Virus record (IMG/VR): IMGVR_UViG_3300023218_000134
Coordinates: 1-38,222 of that record
Reading direction: 5' to 3' (one strand)
Length of the DNA stretch: 38,222 bases
DNA from: a virus
Lineage: Duplodnaviria > Caudoviricetes
The position numbers were made by a program, and so were the translations under genes. Below are positions 35,701 to 38,222 of the stretch, piece after piece (the stretch's first letter is position 1; each line of letters starts with the position of its first letter). The notes beneath the pieces were generated by a model. It ran no database searches, was not told the origin of the DNA, and was given only the letters and a program-made list of their open reading frames with translations.

Positions 35701-36214
35701 GGACGGGACCTCCGACCTCGTGCAAGGAACTGCCGGGAACAAGCCGAGCATGGACGCCTCCGGTGCCATGTTCGATGGCGACGACTTCCTACGTTACGAC
35801 ATCACCAACAACCGGACATGGACCGTCTATATCCGGTTTGCGAAGGACGCCGCGCATAGCGGTCCCGGCAAGCTGTTCACCTCGCAGGGTTCGTTCTCGC
35901 CGCTGGTCTATCACGACGGCTCGACCGCCGCGCAATCCGCATCAACCACCCTTGATCCGCATCTATCCGGCGGGACGTCAATCGCAGACTGCAACGCCCT
36001 TCATGACGGGATCGACGACGCCGCCGCGCACGTCATCAAAATCACAGGATGGGGAACCGCTTCGTGGACGATGTTCCGCTTCGGCGGGGCAGGCAATCCG
36101 TCCGATGGCATCAGGGGCGCGATCGACAAGATCGTGGCCTTCCCGGAAGACGGGCTTTCCGCGCAGAAGCTGTCCGACCTTCGCGCCGCTGCAGAAGCGT
36201 GGATGGCAGCATGA
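32759..36214 (+). CDS. Tail-tube-paralog domain fused to large beta-rich (beta-helix/Ig/lectin-like) receptor-binding or depolymerase domains
   Basis: GAGGAG RBS + GTG. Residues 1-~195 align end-to-end with the major tail protein; the remainder is beta-rich and lower in GC. Confidence 0.8.
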   Translation: MSPDEIITGPYTVWIAPVGTAFPEPGVEPGSAWTRLGTNGARSYADGGVSVQHLRRFDQAQPAGSPAPTMAWIAGEQARISLELMDLTLEQYAHALGGNAVTRRPGPDGAGSLLSIGLSLRPRGQSAMALLVRGQSPYDEAREAQYEVARCIEVGSPRPVFRRGRPATLALEFTALVDPAAKNAEERFGRLVADEATELLFPSGSYDGTPSSGFASEPVDPQRTTAKPAARLLVPHSLPFTDNLLVGIEAYAKGGIARVIAHYEGNSAELTERSIETPGGHPAEHGGSAVEPPPVRAWWTRLAHSGVNGTGRVFFEVVPNDPTMQSRIIGPFSFHPFEGYDADLEIAPSQTEVAGSRYQSIGAAIEYCRTNSRDFPKITVVEAGDYDLVAPQSYSPKGRVRIEATAPVRFYRPPNASSPAIRPRYPSHFVGKNITIDLAGASEFYIEVGIPEQVALANVFDGVTITDSNGRGSLIERDIRAAGHTVRAPYFMLDCAVTDLPNPATNAELVRCGSFDRCFADLFSSSKCVVGPTVRDLDSSVYRIGFDALNITGPANGTVESSGTVSQKTFTFREGGTEVGAITLEKVDFVSDLADAVNALVGWNATVLNNGIVPTVLSLATGKPADQFAAQDVSSGLTLKARFDYHSDIWQSQAAHENVIVDGFLAYDCRAQMFLISRGFALKDAAFVNNLAFQNPAASPIYDNAVTPSYLEQNAGSGHIFFDHNTMPDQRLLFEALDDYSSVSNNVLRRLDWFSGKETDGKTIDGNHLSEAGTAPQFATGTTIGGTTATLTQDYAAEDLRAAGDLLLTLRAPTVPFDRGGARRGATDVVGALSNSAASPEVGTVPVYAVAPLISGAAITGTPQDDEVLTFNATISGTPPLTIEYRWGDDDGDYSGEESQSLLLDAAAMTLVHNDVIEGELTVANAQGTASATATRTFVDPAQLDPQLAALLNEISGIAQGLVADLTESTDDGTLTVANQADGTSDLVQGTAGNKPSMDASGAMFDGDDFLRYDITNNRTWTVYIRFAKDAAHSGPGKLFTSQGSFSPLVYHDGSTAAQSASTTLDPHLSGGTSIADCNALHDGIDDAAAHVIKITGWGTASWTMFRFGGAGNPSDGIRGAIDKIVAFPEDGLSAQKLSDLRAAAEAWMAA

Positions 36215-36852
36215 CCTGGCCGCTTCTCATCCCGCTCGCCCTCGCGATCGCCCTCGCTGTCATGTTCGCCTGGCGGCGACGCGCCGAGCCTGATGGTTGG
36301 AGCCTCGGTCCGATCATCAAGGGCCGCAACCGTTCGAGGGGGCGGCTCACGCTCGGGCGCATCCTCGGAGAGGAAGGCCTCTGGTCGCTCGATGGCGGCG
36401 AGCCGCACTACGTCACTCGCTCGGCCTACGATCTCTCCTTAGGGGCCCGCATCCGCTTGCGCTATCGCGTGGAAGGCACGATGCGTCCGGTCGAGAAGCC
36501 GTCCGCCGATCCGCTACTGACGCTCTATTTCCAGCGCGAGGGCGACGACTGGTCGGCGCGCGGGCCGAAGCGGCATTATCGCTGGTATTCGAAAGCGCGC
36601 CTGCCGCTCGCGCCGGGCGATTACGAAGCCTTCGTCGACGTCGAACCCCGCGACTGGTTCTCCGTGCTCGGGGAGCCGGGCGAGGACAACCCCCGCATCT
36701 TCGAGCGCGCGGTCCGCGAAGCCGTACGCGTCGGCGTGGTCTTGGGGTGGCAGGGCCGCGCCGGGCACGGCGTCACGCTCGACGGCCGCTTTACCATGCT
36801 CCAATTCGCGATCGAACCCGCCCTCAACCCCGACCAGGAGACCGTCCGATGA
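36211..36852 (+). CDS. Membrane-anchored hypothetical protein, Trp-rich beta-sandwich-like
   Basis: ATGA coupling, N-terminal TM MTWPLLIPLALAIALAVMFAW and LYFQREGDDWS...YRWY. Confidence 0.7.
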   Translation: MTWPLLIPLALAIALAVMFAWRRRAEPDGWSLGPIIKGRNRSRGRLTLGRILGEEGLWSLDGGEPHYVTRSAYDLSLGARIRLRYRVEGTMRPVEKPSADPLLTLYFQREGDDWSARGPKRHYRWYSKARLPLAPGDYEAFVDVEPRDWFSVLGEPGEDNPRIFERAVREAVRVGVVLGWQGRAGHGVTLDGRFTMLQFAIEPALNPDQETVR

Positions 36853-37403
36853 GCCGCCGCAAGACCGAAACCGTCCACGTTCCTTCCGATGCCGCCGAAG
36901 CGGCTGAGATGCTCGCCGAGTATGTCGATCTCGATCGCCAGCGCATGATCGAACGGCTCGCGGCCGAAACCGCGATCGACCGGGTCAAGGCCCAGCGCGA
37001 CGAGGCCCTGCGCGAGATCGAGGCGGAGGCGAAGCCGCTCTGCGCCGGAATTAAGTCCTGGTGGGAGAGCGGCGGCTGCGACGAGGTGGCGAAGGGCAAG
37101 CGCTCGGCCGAGCTCGCCAACGCCAAGATCGGCATCCGCCTCGGCATGCCGCAGGTGAAGTTCGTGCGGAAGGTCAAGGCGGGCGACGTCGTCGACTGGC
37201 TGCGCGGCCTGCGCTGGACTAAGGCGAGCACCTTCCTGCGCACCCGGATCACGCTCGACAAGGAAGCGGTGATCAAGGCGATCCGCACCGACCCGAAGAC
37301 GGCCGAGACCTTCGCCGAACATCTGAGCGTCGAGCAGGCCGAGGAGTTCTTCATCGACACCGGCCTGGATGAGGACGCGCTGAGGAAAGAGATTGCGGGA
37401 TGA
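36849..37403 (+). CDS. gam: Mu Gam-like host-nuclease inhibitor
   Basis: AGGAG RBS; a coiled-coil N-half, then KRSAELANAKIGIRLGMP, FLRTRITLDKEAV and VEQAEEFFID. Confidence 0.85.
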   Translation: MSRRKTETVHVPSDAAEAAEMLAEYVDLDRQRMIERLAAETAIDRVKAQRDEALREIEAEAKPLCAGIKSWWESGGCDEVAKGKRSAELANAKIGIRLGMPQVKFVRKVKAGDVVDWLRGLRWTKASTFLRTRITLDKEAVIKAIRTDPKTAETFAEHLSVEQAEEFFIDTGLDEDALRKEIAG

Positions 37404-37463
37404 TCCACCTGCGATCGCTTGCGGGCACTTTCCTACAGGACCGGCGCGGTGCTTCATCGCGCG

Positions 37464-37691
37464 GTGAGCAGCAAGCGTCTTGATTCGGTCACCGATTACA
37501 TCCGCAACGGCTGCCGGATGCGCGTGCGCTGTGGAGCCTGCGGTCATCAGATCGAGATCGATCCGCATCGCGTCCTCTCGCAATGTGCCAGCCGCGGTAC
37601 CAGTCCCAGACTTTGCCAGGTCGGACAGCGCCTGCGCTGCAGCCGCTGTCGCCAGCGCTCCGCCTCGATCGCGCCGGGGACCTCTATCTAG
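37464..37691 (+). CDS. Small Zn-binding protein (CxxC...CxxC); start uncertain
   Basis: VRCGACGH...RLRCSRC. Confidence 0.65.
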   Translation: MSSKRLDSVTDYIRNGCRMRVRCGACGHQIEIDPHRVLSQCASRGTSPRLCQVGQRLRCSRCRQRSASIAPGTSI

Positions 37692-37733
37692 AATTGTCGG
37701 GACTGCGCAGCCGATGGGATGTAAAGACGTTCC

Positions 37734-38101
37734 ATGAGCGATATCTACGACAGATCGGAATGGCCGGCGCCCGAGAACAATCCCTTGGTCCTGCTGCTGC
37801 TACGTGGCGACGAATGGTATTCGAATCTTGAGATAGTCCGCGCGCTTGGCCTGGGAGATGGACGTGCTCTGCTGAGCCAAGGAGCCGCCTTCGGCAAAGT
37901 GCTGCAGTTTGACGATGCCGGCATCAGGCAGGACGAGCAGATGGTGATCGGAACCGACGTCAAGCCGCCCATGGTGGAGGACAAAGAGTGTTCTCTCGGG
38001 CTGCACTCGTTCTCGCCGCCATGCGCCATCAAATTATCAACGCGGTGGCATTTCGAGACTGGCTGGTTCGACGAGCAGCGAGCGAATTAGCGGGTGGCTG
38101 A
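37734..38101 (+). pseudogene. Bro-N-like DNA-binding protein, apparently frameshifted near 37965-37970
   Basis: The N-terminus has EWYSNLEIVRALG. The -1 frame continues HGGGQRVFSRAALVLAAMR...AVAFRDWLV to a stop at 38101. Confidence 0.55.
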
Positions 38102-38160
38102 AGGGTGCATAAGCGGCTCCTCAGCGGCGCTTCAGAACCCCAAATTACAGGCAAAAAGTG

Positions 38161-38206
38161 CTCTAGAGGGTCTTGTCAAAAGTCCAAAACGTCTTGTCAG
38201 GCTACA
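38161..38206 (-). repeat. Right end (attR) with two tandem transposase-binding sites R1/R2
   Basis: The minus strand reads TGTAGCC-TGACAAGACGTTTTGGAC-TTT-TGACAAGACCCTCTAGAG. The consensus shared with L1 is TGACAAGA-NNN-TYTRGAS. Confidence 0.9.
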
Positions 38207-38222
38207 ACGGTACATGTGTGAT

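Larger units (their letters stand above)
53..38206 (+). mobile_element. Complete Mu-like transposable phage/prophage with siphovirus-type tail
   Basis: TGT...ACA termini with inverted repeats. MuA, MuB, GemA, Mor, Gam and Mu gp26-28 homologs plus full head, tail and lysis modules lie between them. Confidence 0.95.

Noticed and set aside
32700-38206. Invertible G-segment, diversity-generating retroelement or mom
   Set aside because: No invertase, reverse transcriptase, TR/VR repeat pair or Mom-like ORF was seen.
38207-38214. Alternative right end at the second TACA (38214)
   Set aside because: Its spacing to TGACAAGA does not match the left end, and it also gives no target duplication.
1-38222. 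CRISPR arrays, tRNA or rRNA genes
   Set aside because: No spaced repeat arrays or cloverleaf-like sequences were noticed by eye. No scan was run.

Overview
The window is an essentially complete, GC-rich, Mu-type transposable (pro)phage of about 38.15 kb (53-38206). It is bounded by imperfect terminal inverted repeats (TGTAAGGTGACAAGAGGTTCTGGAGT and TGTAGCCTGACAAGACGTTTTGGACT) and has 52 bp and 16 bp flanks that show no 5-bp target duplication. The host is probably an alphaproteobacterium such as a Sphingomonadales member (inference). Gene order: a leftward immunity operon (S24/CI-type repressor plus an exported DUF2846-like protein); a rightward early operon (Cro/Ner-like, ParB-like, N6-adenine MTase, LexA-, LuxR- and GcrA-like HTH proteins, MuA, MuB, GemA, Mor/C activator); lysis (lysozyme, Rz with embedded Rz1, TraR, holin); Mu gp26/27/28 packaging genes; an HK97-type head (portal fused to a MuF-like domain, protease, capsid); a non-contractile tail; and a right end with Gam. 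The most notable observations are: (1) a 1151-aa protein whose N-terminal ~195 aa are a full paralog of the major tail-tube protein, fused to a large beta-rich adhesin/tailspike-like cargo; (2) a perfect 27-bp palindrome inside the ParB-like gene; (3) a Mu transposition and packaging chassis joined to an HK97 head; (4) Gam relocated to the late right end; (5) a 28-bp duplicated late-promoter element; and (6) several cryptic or broken genes missed by the ORF track. All protein family calls come from motif recognition by eye, not database searches.
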